A DNA stretch of 63,316 nucleotides, counting the filler, from Octopus bimaculoides (Eukaryota), in NCBI RefSeq assembly GCF_001194135.2. It is 3 parts of 2 records of this genome, joined end to end, with 100 filler letters (N's around TTAATTAATTAA, not from the genome) between each part and the next. Parts side by side here need not be neighbours in the genome. Positions count along the whole stretch, not along the records: positions 1 to 29,096 come from NC_069005.1; 2 more parts are not named here. One strand, 5' to 3'. A program made the position numbers and the translations under genes. Below are positions 13,554 to 24,565 of this stretch, piece after piece (within the stretch, counting starts at the first letter, position 1; each line of letters begins with the position of its first letter). Under the pieces are notes generated by a model. It was not told where the DNA came from and ran no database searches. It worked only from the letters and a program-made list of their open reading frames with translations.

Positions 13554-16500
13554 AGAAGATGAAGAAGAAGGCAAAGAAGAAGAAGAAGAAGAAGAAGAAG
13601 TAAAACAGCAGTAGCAGCAGACCCACCAGTGAAGGAAACTACATTTTTGACTGACTTAATAGTTGTGGTGGTGGTAGTGGAGGTGATGATGGTGGTGGCA
13701 GCGACAGTGGTGGTGATGGTATGTTTTGAACATGTGAACTCAGATTCAAGCATGTCATCATAACAGCACAGTACATTACTAGCTTTCTCAACACTTCTAT
13801 ATTTCTGAACAACTATACTGAGTTCAAATTCCCCTGGCAGACACACAATGACCTATGTTACATTGGAGCTACTATCACTCACCATCATCAACATCATCAT
13901 CATCATTTTAATGTCCACATTTCCATGTTTGCAATGGTTGGGTGATGTTTATTGAAGCAGATATTTTTACAGCCAGAGCCTCGCCTGTTCCTAAGTAAGA
14001 TTACCTTGCCCCATGGCCAGTCATGTTTGCACAGAAAACTGGAAATGAATGACACAGCTTCCAAGACAGTGACAGTTATTCACGATGAGGCACAAACATA
14101 CACACACTTACACACTCTCTCTTTATCTGTCTCTCTCTCATGCACACACACGCATTCTTACATACATACATACATGCATGCACACACACACACACACACA
14201 CACGGCACTTCATTCAGTTTCCACCTACCAAGTCCACTTGCAAGGCTTTGGTTGGCCAAGGCTACAGTAGAAGTCACAAGGTGCCATGCACTGAGACTGA
14301 ACCTGGATCCATGTAGTTGGGAAGCAAGCTTCTTACCACAAAGCCTATATATATATATATAGGGAGAATTCACAAAAAAAAACAAAAGACGAAGACAGGT
14401 GGTGTAGGCAACAAACAGATGTATTAGTATAATGCTCGGGAAGTGAAAAAGTCTTTAACGTTTCAAGCCTATGCTCTTCCACAGAAAGGAACACAGAAAG
14501 AAACATGGGGAGAATATATATATATATATATGATGGGCTTCTTTCAGTTTCTATTAACTAAATCCAGTCACAAGGCTTTGGTTGGCCTGAGGCTATAGTA
14601 GTGTAGTAGAAGACACTTGGCCAAAGTATCATGCAGTAGAATGGGACCTGAAACCATGTCATTGAGAAGCAAACTTCTTATCCATACAGCTACGCCAGCA
14701 CCTACTTGGAATGTTTTTGCTTTGATAGCATTGTCAGCAAAACTGATGGGATAACAGATGGAAGAGAGGAATTAACCCTCAGACCATAGACTTAGCCTGA
14801 ATGTTAGCAACAGAGTGCACTCCCTTATTAAAGTGGAAGAACGTCCCTGGAAGATGATAAACAATCTGGAAGACTTGCCATGAATGTCACCCCCGAAAAT
14901 GTGGTATTGTGCATCGAGAATTCATGCTCCAGCACCAGACAATTAATCAAGAGTTCTGCTGTGACGTTTTGAAGCATTTGAGGGAGGACATTTGGTGAAA
15001 GCGACTGGATCTGTGGAGCACAAAGAAGTGGATTCTTCATGATGACAATGCACCCTGTCACTGAACTCTTCACACTTGTGAGTTTCTTGCCAAAATCAAG
15101 ATGGTATTGCTTCCACCCCTGCTATATTGGCCAGATTTAGCACCTGCAGATTTCCATCTCTTCCTCAAAATGAAAATGCAGCTCAAAGGTCACCGTTTTG
15201 ACACCGTTGTTGAAATCCAGAGTGAATTACAGAAGGTCCTCGACTTGCTTATGGAAAATGACATCCAGGCCAGATTTCAAAAGTAGTAGGAAAGCTGGTA
15301 CCAGTGTATTGCAGGGCAAGGTGACTATTTCGAAGGAGATGATGTTAAAATTTAGGTAAATAAGTTATTTTTTATTAAACATAACAAATCCTGGAACTTT
15401 TTGATACCACTTGTAAGTCATCTACTTGAGAACAGTAATAGATCCCTCTGTCTGGCTTCCACCCATTTTTCATTTACCAAATTTCACTCCAAAGAAATTT
15501 GTCAATCTGAAGCTATGGTAGAAAATACCTGGCTACAAGACTGAAGCTAAAACCATGTTGTTGAGCAAACCTGTTAACAACATAGCCATTTTATAGACTA
15601 AAATACATAGTTCTTGATTTCATTCTACTGTGTGGTACCTTGGGCGATTGTCATCCACTATAGCCACAGGTTAAGGCTACAATGAATGACAGACAGACAG
15701 ACAAGAAAGATGACAGGAAAATAGTGTGTGGGAGGTGAGGATATTTTAATAATAGGTGATAATGCCAGGAATGTTAGCACATGTTTATCATGAGACATTA
15801 GAGGACAAATGATAAAGACTCAGTGTGACAACTGTTATAACAACAACAACAACAATGGTTTCAAATTCTGACACAAGGCCAATAGATTGGAGTGGGGGGG
15901 GGGCTNNNNNNNNNNGGGGGGGGGGGCTAAGTCAACTACCTCAACCCTAGTGCTCAGCTGGTACTTATTTCATTGACTCTTGAAAGGAATGAAAGACAAA
16001 GTCAACCCCAGCAGAATCTGAATTCAGAACATAAAGACAGATGAAATACCACTAAGCATTTTGTCTGGAATGCTAACGATTCTGCCAATTCACTGCCTTA
16101 ATAATAACAATAATGGTTTCAAATTTTGTGGGAGGGGATCGGTCAATTACATTAATCCCAACTGGTACTTATTTTATTGACCCTGATAGGATGAAAGGCA
16201 AAGTCGACCTGGGTGGAATTTGAACTCAGAATGTAATGACAGACTAAATGCCACTAAGCATTTTGCTCAGCATGTTAATGTTTCTGCCAACTTGCTGCCC
16301 TAACAATAATAATAATGATGATGATAGTAATAATAATAAATTTAAAAAATGACAACATTATCGTAGCCATGTGTTGAGAGGGATCCTTTTGGGGTTTGAA
16401 TAATTCACCTCTGGAAACATAGGTGCTTCGTTCATCATCGTTAAACGACCTTTCTTCAGGGACCTCGAGGGGGGTGGGATACTCAACCTGAAGAAAATTC

Positions 16501-16686
16501 TAACTGAGCCCCACCTGCAAGGTCATGCACTCTTTATCTCGATATAAGATCACCATGCCGCGCACATATAGTTGTAATGCATGTTCCTGGTGAATCCTTA
16601 TCAGATGGGTAGAAATGATGGGTATATTGGGCTTTGTATATTTCTACCTCAGTGTCACTTTGATGGCATGCACTGTTCTCACACTC

Positions 16687-16754
<68 letters not shown>

Positions 16755-17220
16755 GTAACCATACTCTTGGATATGTCAATACACACAGATAGAGAAATCA
16801 AAGCTAATAGACAAGATATAGTTGTCAGAGATCACCAAGAAAAAATTGCCTTCTAATCGATGTATCAATTCCAACAGATGATGATGCATCTCTAAAAGAA
16901 ACAGAGAAATCTCAAAATGCAAAGATCCAGAAATAGAGATAACCCAAATGTGGAGCCTAAAATAGAAACAATTCCTATAATAATAGGTACATTAGGTATG
17001 ATAAAAAAAAAACATTCAGACAAAACCATAACAAAAACACTAGGACTTGCAATTATATATAACATACAGAAAACAGCACTACGAGGCACTGCGCACATTC
17101 TATGTAAAGCGCTTTTAATACAGTGAAAATAAGACTACCACAACAAACCACAGCACATACCCAAGGCATGCAGGGCTGCACTTGGTAGTGCAGTGGAAGC
17201 ATATGATAAAAATAAGACTA

Positions 17221-17279
<59 letters not shown>

Positions 17280-19111
17280 CAATAATAATAATAATAATAT
17301 CAATAATAATAATAATAATAATAATGGTTTTAGTTTTTGGTGCAAGGTCAGCAATTTTGTAGGGGGAAAGGAGTTAGATGGTTACATCAACCCCACTACT
17401 TGATTGGTGTTTTATTTTATCACAAAAGGATGAAAGGTGAAGTTGACCCTGGCGAGATTTGAACTCAGAATGTAAAGAGCCAGAAGAAATACTGCCTAGC
17501 ATTTCATTCAACACGCTAACGATTCTACCAGTGTGCTGCCTTAGTAATGACAATAATAATTCTTTCTAATTTTGGCATATGGCTAGCAATTTTCAGAAGA
17601 GGGGAGTCGATTTTGTTGATCCTGCCAGTACTTGACTGGTACTTTAACTGGCACTCCATCAGTTACGATGACAAGAATTCCAGTTGATCTAATCAACAGA
17701 AACAGCCTGCTCATGAAATTAATGTGCAAGTGGCTGAGTACTCCATAGACATGCATACCCTTAATGTAGTTCTCAGGGAGATTTGGTGGCCCTTTGAAGT
17801 ACAGGTATTACTCATTTTTGTCAGCTGAGTGAACTGGAACAACATGAAATAAAGTGTCTTGCTCAAGGACACAACATGCCACCAGGAATTGAACACGTGA
17901 CCTTATGATCATTAGACAAATACGCTACCACTAAACCACATGCCTCCGCTTTATTTTATTGAACCCAAAAGAATGAAAGGCAAAGTCATCCTCTGCAGAA
18001 CATAAAACTGGAAGAAACGCCACTAAGCATTTTGTCTGGTATGTTACCGATACTGCTATCTTACTGCCTCAATAACTGTTTCAAATTGTGGCACAGGGCA
18101 AGCAATTTTAGGGGGGAGGGGTTTAGTCAATTTTATGACTGGTACATTATTTTATTGACCCTGAAAGGACGAAAGGAAAAGTTCACCTCAGCAGTATTTG
18201 AAACCAGAATGTAAAGAATTGGTACGATTACCACAATGCATTTTTTCCGATGCTCTAATGATTTTGTCAGCTTGCCACTTTGGTCAATAATTCTTTCTAA
18301 TTTTGGCACAAGGCAAGCAATTTTAAGAGAAGGAGACAAGTCATTACATCATCTCTAGTACTTCACAAGTATTATATTTCACTGACCTCAAAAGGATGAA
18401 AGTGAAGCTAACTTTGGCAGGATTTGAACTCAGAATGTAAAGAACTGGAAGAAATACCATTAAGCATTTTGCCTAATGTGATAACAATTCCACTAGCTTA
18501 CCACCTTCCACCTTCACCTTAATAAATGATAATGGGCCAGTCCACATTGGGGACAGTTTGCTGGTTTCTCTGACATATATATTACTCCCTGGATAGGACG
18601 CTGGTCAGTCATAGGATCACTCATTTTTACCAGCTGAGTGGGCTGGAGCAATGTGAAATGAAGTGTTTTGCTCAAGAACACAACAGGTTACTCAGTCCAG
18701 GAATTGAAACCACAATCTTATGATCATGAGTCCAACAATCTAACCACTAAGCCATGTGCCTCCACAATAAATGATAATAGCAACAACTTAATACATTAGC
18801 ATGTTGACCACCTACCTTGGTACATGGTTGTATATATCGTATTTCTTGCCAAATGTTTGACGGTCAATATTATTATCAAGGCTGTTCCATTTGATTTTGA
18901 TCGGTTCTGATAATTTTCTGTGGAAGACAATTCGAGGAAACATTGATTATTTATGGTTTCATAGTTGAGTTGTTCCACCGGACGAAGCAAGGGGAAGGAC
19001 AAACCGGCTGTACAACCTCATCATTACACATTCACGCACATAAACAGAGGAAAACCAAAGTGTGTATGCTTGTGTGTATGTGTGTATATACATATATATA
19101 TNNNNNNNNNN

Positions 19112-19161
<50 letters not shown>

Positions 19162-22100
19162 CACTCAATATAAGCTCAGAGAGGAAAGATTACACATACA
19201 TGTACAAACACACTTTGTCTCTCTCTCTCTCTCTCTCTCTCTCCACACATATCAACATACACACATGCATCACCACATGCACTCTCACACACACCCACAT
19301 ACTTCATTACCAGTAACAACACCATCTTATTTTTCAGACAGTTTTCCATGTAGTACACACACATGCGCACGTACACACACACTCACACACGCTCACACTC
19401 ACACACGCTCACACTCACACACACACACATTCTTTCCACACGAAGCAAAGACATGCACAAACAGAAGTATTTATATACAACAAGGATGTAATAAATAAAT
19501 TAAATAGTAAGAGTGTCTTAATTAGGCATGGAAAAGTGCAGATGACTGAAAGGCGAGTTGGGGTGTGTAGTGGGAGTACTGGAAAGTCAGCAACACTGTT
19601 TGGACATATAAATAGACTTTGAGAGTACAGGTGACTGAATTATCAGTGGTTGTGGTGAGCAGAGGAGCTAGGAGGTCAGCAAGACTGTGGTGTATCTGTG
19701 ACCTTGCGTAAATATATTCCACAGGGAAGGAACATCTTGTTCTGCGGGTAGCCACTTAGGAAAGACTTCTGTTCCCCGCCCCCATTTTCTCCCAAATTTG
19801 TTTATTTTTGTAATTTTTTTTGCCAAAAATCCCTGTTTTCAGATATGGAGGTTCCAGGAAATTGCCAAAAATTGGCATTGTGAAAGTTCCCCCCCCCCCA
19901 ACTTCTTCAATTTTGACTTTTTTNNNNNNNNNNNNNNNNNNNNNNNNNNNNNNNNNNNNNNNNNNNNNNNNNNNNNNNNNNNNNNNNNNNNNNNNNNNNN
20001 NNNNNNNNNNNNNNNNNNNNNNNNNNNNNNNNNNNNNNNNNNNNNNNNNNNNNNNNNNNNNNNNNNNNNNNNNNNNNNNNNNNNNNNNNNNNNNNNNNNN
20101 NNNNNNNNNNNNNNNNNNNNNNNNNNNNNNNNNNNNNNNNNNNNNNNNNNNNNNNNNNNNNNNNNNNNNNNNNNNNNNNNNNNNNNNNNNNNNNNNNNNN
20201 NNNNNNNNNNNNNNNNNNNNNNNNNNNNNNNNNNNNNNNNNNNNNNNNNNNNNNNNNNNNNNNNNNNNNNNNNNNNNNNNNNNNNNNGTTGAAAAAAAAA
20301 TTTTTTTTAAAGGGTGGTTTTTTTTGGGTAGGGATGGGTGGAAGTCTTGCCACCATTTAATTTACAAATATCCTCATCAGTGGTTCTCAAAGCGGGCAAT
20401 ACTGCTCCTCTGGGGACAGTGAAAAGATTGGAGGAAGAAAAGTCGGACGATAATAGTGTAACCAAAAGGGGGCAATGGGTGTGAAAACAACAAAATAATG
20501 GGTTAATTAGGTTAAGTTTTATTTGTGAAATACAGTTGTTTGGGGTTTGCTTCAAGAAGTGGTGGTGACTAGAAATGTGGTCTGGGTGCCAAGGGAATAG
20601 CAGCCCAAAAGTGTTTGGGAACCACTGATCTAACTGGTTAATATGTTAGGAACAAACTTGTTCCCAAATGTTAGGAACAAACTTGTGTCTCTCTACCTAG
20701 CTATAAAATCTCAACTAGAACTCAGTTGACAAAAAAAAAAGTAGATAACTCTCATTTAAATGACAATGTTATATCTTAACAAAAAGAGGGTATAGTTTAC
20801 ATAATGTGGTTCTGCTAAGGTTATCTCTGCACATTTTCTACAGCCAGTATTGATTTTGTTACGACATTGTAACAAAATCAATGCTGGCTACAATTTCTAT
20901 AGAAAAATCATCAATGTTTAACGCCTGCTTTCCATGCTGGCATGAGTTGGACGGTTTGACTGAGGACTGACAAGCCAGATGGCTGCACCAGGCTCCAATC
21001 TGATCTGGCAGAGTTTCTACAGCTGGATNNNNNNNNNNGGCTCCAATCTGATCTGGCAGAGTTTCTACAGCTGGATGCCCTTCCTAACTACTCCAAGAGT
21101 GTAGTGGGTGCTTTTACGTGCCACCGGTACAAGGGCCAGTCAGGAGGTACTGGCAACGACCATGCTCAAATGATGTTTTTTACGTGCCACCTGCACAGGA
21201 GCCAGTCCAGCAGCACTGGCAACGACCTTGCTCGAATGTTGTTTTTAACGTGCCAGTAAGGCGATGCTGGTAACAATCACGCTCGAATGGTGCTTTTTAT
21301 GTGCCACCGGCACAGGAGCCAGTCAGTGGCCCTGGCAGCAATCACGCTCGGATGGTGCTCTTAGCACTCCACTGCACAGATGCTAGTCAAGCGGTGCTGT
21401 CATCGAATTTGATTTCGATTTCACTTGTCTCAACAGGTCTTTGCAAGCATAGTTTAGTGTCCAATGAAGGAAAGGTACACATAAGTGGGCTGGTTACACC
21501 ACTGACATAGGCCACGGATTATGGTCTCACTTGGCTTGCCGGGTCTTCTCAAGCACAGCATATTTCCAAAGGTCTCGTTCACTAGTCATTGCCTCGGTGA
21601 GGCCTATGTTCGAAAGTCGTGCTTCACCGCCTCATTCCAGGTCTTCCTGGGTCTACCTCTTCCACAGGTTCCCTAAACCACTAGGGTGTGACACTTTTTC
21701 ACACAGCTATCCTCATCTATTCTTGCCACATGACCATACCAGCGTAGTCGTCTCTCTTGCACACCGCATCTGATGCTTCTTAGGCACTTACACTCTGTCA
21801 AGTATGCACACTGACATTACACATTCAGCGGAACATACTGGCTTCATTCCTTGCAAGCTTACGCATGTCCTCAACAGTCACGGCCCATGTTTCACTGCCA
21901 TGCAGCATGGTTGTTCGTACACATGCATCATACAGTCTACCTTTTACTCTGAGCAAAAAGCCCTTTGTCACCAGCAGAGGTAGGAGCTCTCTGAACTTTG
22001 CCCAGGCTATTCTTATTCTAGCAGCTACACTTTCAGAGCACCCACCCCTGCTACTGACTTGGTCACCTAGGTAGCGGAAGCTATCAACTGCTTCTAGTTT

Positions 22101-23741
22101 TTCTCCCTGGAATGTGGCAGAAGTTGTTCTCTGCATATTTTCAGTGTTTATTACTTCTGAGCATCTGCCACATACAAAAACTATCTTCCTAGTTAGCCTT
22201 CCTTTGATGTTGCTGCACCTCTCATGTGTCCATCTTATACTGGGTACATCTTATAGAGTTTCTACCTATGCCTTTTCTACAGATAGAGCAGGGCCATCTA
22301 CCTGAAGGGGTTTGTGGTTTGTCTGTCTTCCTACCTATTAGGACTTTGGTTTTAGCTAGGTTGACTCTAAGGCCCTTCAATTCTAGACCTTGCTTCCACA
22401 CCTGAAACTTCTCAAGTTCTTATAGTGACTCAGCAATTAGAGCAAGGTCATCAGCATAGAGGAGCTCCCAGGGACATCCTGTCTTGAATTCCTCTGTTAT
22501 TGCCTGGAGGACTATGATAAATAGGAGGGGGCTGAGGACTGGACCTTGGTGGACCCCTACCCAGAATTCTTCACTGTACTCATTGCCAACCCTCACCTTA
22601 CTGACAGCGTCCCTGTACATGGCTTGTACAGCTCTCACAAACCACTCATCTATCTCTAGTTTCTGCATTGACCACCAAATAAGGGATTGGGGGACCCTGT
22701 CAAAGGCTTTCTCCATGTCAACGAAAGCCAGGTACAGAGGTTTATTTTTGGCAAGGTATTTCTCCTATCTGTAAAGATATCCTTAACAACTGATGTAACA
22801 GTGGGGGGGGGGAGGCTGGTATGCATGGGCAACTGCTGGCCTTCCATAAAATAACCTTGCCATGGACCTGTGCCTCAGAGGGTAACTTTTTAGGTTCAAT
22901 CCCATGTTCATTCATGCCTGAAGGGGTCTTTACCTCTTTATGGTTGCATAATGAAATATGATGTCCCTACAGGTCATTAATGTGGTTCTGACAGAAAATG
23001 AGGCAAGATGGGCACACACTTGGTTATAGGTATGCTGAATCATAGCTTGCCTTGGGCTAAAAAAACAATCTCAATGTGCAGGGACACATTAGCCCTTGAG
23101 CATTCAGATTACTCTGTCAGATGTAAAATATATTCATTCACATTGGTTTGAATTAATCTTTTATCTTTTATCTTTAACTTGTTTCAGTCATTAGACTGTG
23201 GTCATGCTGGGGCACTGCCTTGAGGAATTTTTATTTGAACATTTTGACCTTAGTACTTAATTTTGAAAAGCCTGATATTTATTCTATTGGTTTCTTTTGC
23301 TGAACTGCTAAGTTATGTGTATGTAACACACCAACATTGGTTGTCAAGTGGTGGAGGGGGGGGGGGACAAACACAGACACAATGACACTCTCTCTTACAC
23401 ACAAACACACACACATAATTGATAGGCTTTTTTCAGTTTCTGTCTACCAAATCCACTCAGAAGGCTTTGGTCACTTGCTGAAGGTGCTATGCAGTTGAAC
23501 TGAACCCAGAACCATGTGGTTGGGAAGAAAGCTTCTTACCACACAATCATGCCTTATAGCTTTGAGATTTCAATGATGTGATTGCTTAGGTCTTCGGAAA
23601 TCCTCATTTGAAAAAAAACTCAGAAAGTTTTTTTTTCTTGAATTTTCAAAGTTCAAAGGTTCAAAAGTCACCCTGTTATCTTTCTATACTAAACCACAAC
23701 CATGTTGCATGAGATACACCAATAGTTTTTACTGCACCAAT

Positions 23742-23781
<40 letters not shown>

Positions 23782-24437
23782 AATCTCATTCTTCTTTTTT
23801 CTCTCTCTCTCTCTTTCTCTACTTACTTACCTACCTACATCACCAAGCCATTAAGGTCATGAATAGTGACGAAAGTACTTTGACTAATAAATAACTAATT
23901 GATTGTTTAACCAGCACACTAAACAAACAATTGATTAGTTAGTTGGTTTGATAATTAACCAATTGACTAACAATGAAGAAGTGATATTGAACCAGTGTGT
24001 GTGTGTGCATTATTGTTATTACTGTAATGACCCTCCCAAGACAACAAGATTTGTTTCAACACACAAATTCACATCAAGAATCTCGCAAACCAAGTAGAAA
24101 AACAAAATAAATCACAAAATAACTTGGCAGAAAAAATAGCAAAAACCCCCATCCCCATCCCAACCAAGAAAAAAAACGTCTCAACAAAAAAAAAATTAAT
24201 TTACCTGATATCAGGATCGGCCCAGGGGGGCTGTTGTAAAACAGATTCAGCTGTATAATCAACAGGCTGGTACTCCTTGTACTCAACATCCCAGCTGACT
24301 TTGTCATCAGGGACATCAAATCGATAGATGTCTTTGGTTCGAGGGTAGAGACCACCGCGACAGTTCATGTGCATCTTTATGGAAATCTTGTAGCTAACTC
24401 GCAAAGGCTTGAGCAGTTTTGAGGTATTGATTCCCAT
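1827..24437 (-). CDS. NUDT9: ADP-ribose pyrophosphatase NUDT9-like, spliced CDS complement(join 24205-24437, 18816-18917, 11867-11953, 8102-8207, 5517-5660, 3159-3276, 1827-1939), 903 nt = 300 aa + stop
   Basis: Seven GT-AG exons with mutually consistent phases. The translation is colinear with vertebrate NUDT9: [92 protein letters not shown] (Nudix box), [37 protein letters not shown]. Confidence 0.95.
2005..2370 (-). mobile_element. 3' end of RTE-type LINE with (GAT)n tail; similar copies at about 4200-4400, 5900-6060, 7015-7450, 12590-12760, 13880-14080
   Basis: Shared motif catcatttaa(c/t)gtc..tttccatgc..gcatgggttggacg...ctggatgcccttcctaac, which is also the 3' end of the RT-bearing copy at 20907-22770. 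Confidence 0.7.
3159..3276 (-). CDS. NUDT9: NUDT9 coding exon 6 ([39 protein letters not shown])
   Basis: Acceptor atacttag|, donor G|GTGAGT, 118 nt. Confidence 0.93.
3314..3454. repeat. Minisatellite, about 9 units of 16 bp (CAACARRTGAACATRG)
   Basis: Visible periodic units such as caacagttgaacatgg, caacaaataaacatag and caacaggtgaacatgg. Confidence 0.8.
4686..5030 (+). mobile_element. tRNA-derived SINE family 1; other copies at about 12329-12545(+), 14205-14345(-), 14533-14703(-), 23160-23535(-), 28855-29085(-), 34402-34560(+), 46625-46740(-), 47800-48210(+), 52360-52640(-)
   Basis: Head gtggctgtgtggtaag..ccacatggttc(c/t)gggttcagtcc, CORE-like gcaccttgggc, tail gtgctccagcatggc(c/t)gcagtc..gactgaaacaagtaaa. 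Confidence 0.8.
5517..5660 (-). CDS. NUDT9: NUDT9 coding exon 5 containing the Nudix box ([23 protein letters not shown]...NGKE)
   Basis: Acceptor tttttctcag|, donor GAG|GTGAGT, 144 nt, GX5EX7REUXEE pattern. Confidence 0.95.
6115..6335. mobile_element. piggyBac-type MITE (221 bp); degenerate copies near 4080-4460, 6739-6907, 7855-8082, 9235-9310, 23090-23160, 27200-27380
   Basis: TTAA on both sides (6111-6114, 6336-6339). TIR CCCTTTAGTATT / AATGCTAAAGGG, 11 of 12 matched. Confidence 0.75.
6463..6695 (+). mobile_element. tRNA-derived SINE family 2; other copies at about 46172-46385(+), 46478-46590(+), 52010-52207(-), 54990-55127(-), and a cluster at 15843-18515(-)
   Basis: ggcggtgagctggcagaaacgttagcac...gttctgagttcaaattccgcc.aggtcgactttgcctttcatcc...aagtaccagtt. 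Confidence 0.8.
8102..8207 (-). CDS. NUDT9: NUDT9 coding exon 4 ([35 protein letters not shown])
   Basis: Acceptor ttctcccag|, donor GGG|GTAAAC, 106 nt. Confidence 0.93.
8844..9159. mobile_element. hAT (Charlie-like) MITE
   Basis: TIR CAATGGTTCTCAAC / GTTGAGAACCACTG. 8-bp flanks ctgtaagt and ctgtaaac match at 6 of 8. Confidence 0.7.
9699..10040 (+). mobile_element. Non-autonomous Helitron/Helentron-like element
   Basis: Starts taacaggagcactcagagag inside an (AAT) run. Ends in an 11-bp hairpin acctcagcctt-cact-aaggcggaggt (10013-10038). Internal aaagtttcatccgaatccatctagcggttcttgagatatc resembles such elements. Confidence 0.5.
10051..11048 (+). mobile_element. 3' fragment of RLE-type non-LTR retrotransposon (R4/Dong-like), frameshifted
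   Basis: [32 protein letters not shown] remnant ([12 protein letters not shown]), [47 protein letters not shown]. Followed by (TAA)n at 11049-11108. Confidence 0.85.
11867..11953 (-). CDS. NUDT9: NUDT9 coding exon 3 ([28 protein letters not shown])
   Basis: Acceptor tttttgcag|, donor AG|GTTACT, 87 nt, near-identical to the NUDT9 signature. Confidence 0.95.
13095..13600. repeat. (CTA)n at about 13095-13155 and (GAA)n at about 13465-13600
   Basis: Direct reading of the trinucleotide runs. Confidence 0.95.
14453..14488 (-). ncRNA. Hammerhead-like motif with variant core (CUGUGGA) inside a TA-flanked repeat (about 14362-14512)
   Basis: Minus strand cttt-CTGTGGA-A-gagc-atag-gctt-GAAAC-GTT-aaag: helix I cttt/aaag, helix II gagc/gctt, palindromic AACGTT, but A6 is replaced by U. 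Confidence 0.45.
14835..15415 (+). mobile_element. Internally deleted mariner transposon (pseudogenised transposase)
   Basis: [53 protein letters not shown], ..[16 protein letters not shown]-like end ggaactttttgataccacttgta. Confidence 0.85.
16754..17223 (+). mobile_element. 3' fragment of R4/Dong-like RLE retrotransposon flanked by (AAT)n on both sides
   Basis: [61 protein letters not shown]. (AAT)n at about 16686-16753 and 17224-17325. Confidence 0.85.
18816..18917 (-). CDS. NUDT9: NUDT9 coding exon 2 ([33 protein letters not shown])
   Basis: Acceptor cttccacag|, donor AG|GTAGGT, phase 2/2, 102 nt. Aligns to the FNEKDGHVERKS..YEIENGRPR segment of human NUDT9. Confidence 0.88.
20378..20627. 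mobile_element. hAT-type MITE
   Basis: TIR CAGTGGTTCTCAAA / TTTGGGAACCACTG (13 of 14). TSD is degenerate. Confidence 0.6.
20907..22770 (-). mobile_element. 5'-truncated RTE-clade LINE (RT domain fragments, 3' UTR, (GAT)n tail)
   Basis: [72 protein letters not shown]. Frameshifts present. Confidence 0.9.
24205..24437 (-). CDS. NUDT9: NUDT9 coding exon 1 from first in-frame ATG ([34 protein letters not shown]...PPWADPDI); exon acceptor at 24464
   Basis: Acceptor ctacacag|ATC at 24464, donor AG|GTAA at 24205/24204. The basic, acid-free N-terminus could be a mitochondrial presequence (inference). Confidence 0.9.
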
Positions 24438-24528
24438 GTAAACTGAGACGGTAGAAGGCGGGATCTGTGTAGGGAGGGATGAGAGAGAGAGAGAGAGAGA
24501 GACAGAGAGAGAGAGAGACAGAGACAGA

Positions 24529-24565
<37 letters not shown>

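Noticed and set aside
13383-13846. Poly-E/S/L ORFs, the many MCVCVC/YIYIY ORFs, and long X-filled ORFs
   Set aside because: These are translations of microsatellites or N gaps with no coding signal.
19790-20340. Homopolymer-rich sequence flanking a gap, with apparent ORFs
   Set aside because: Looks like low-quality read ends.
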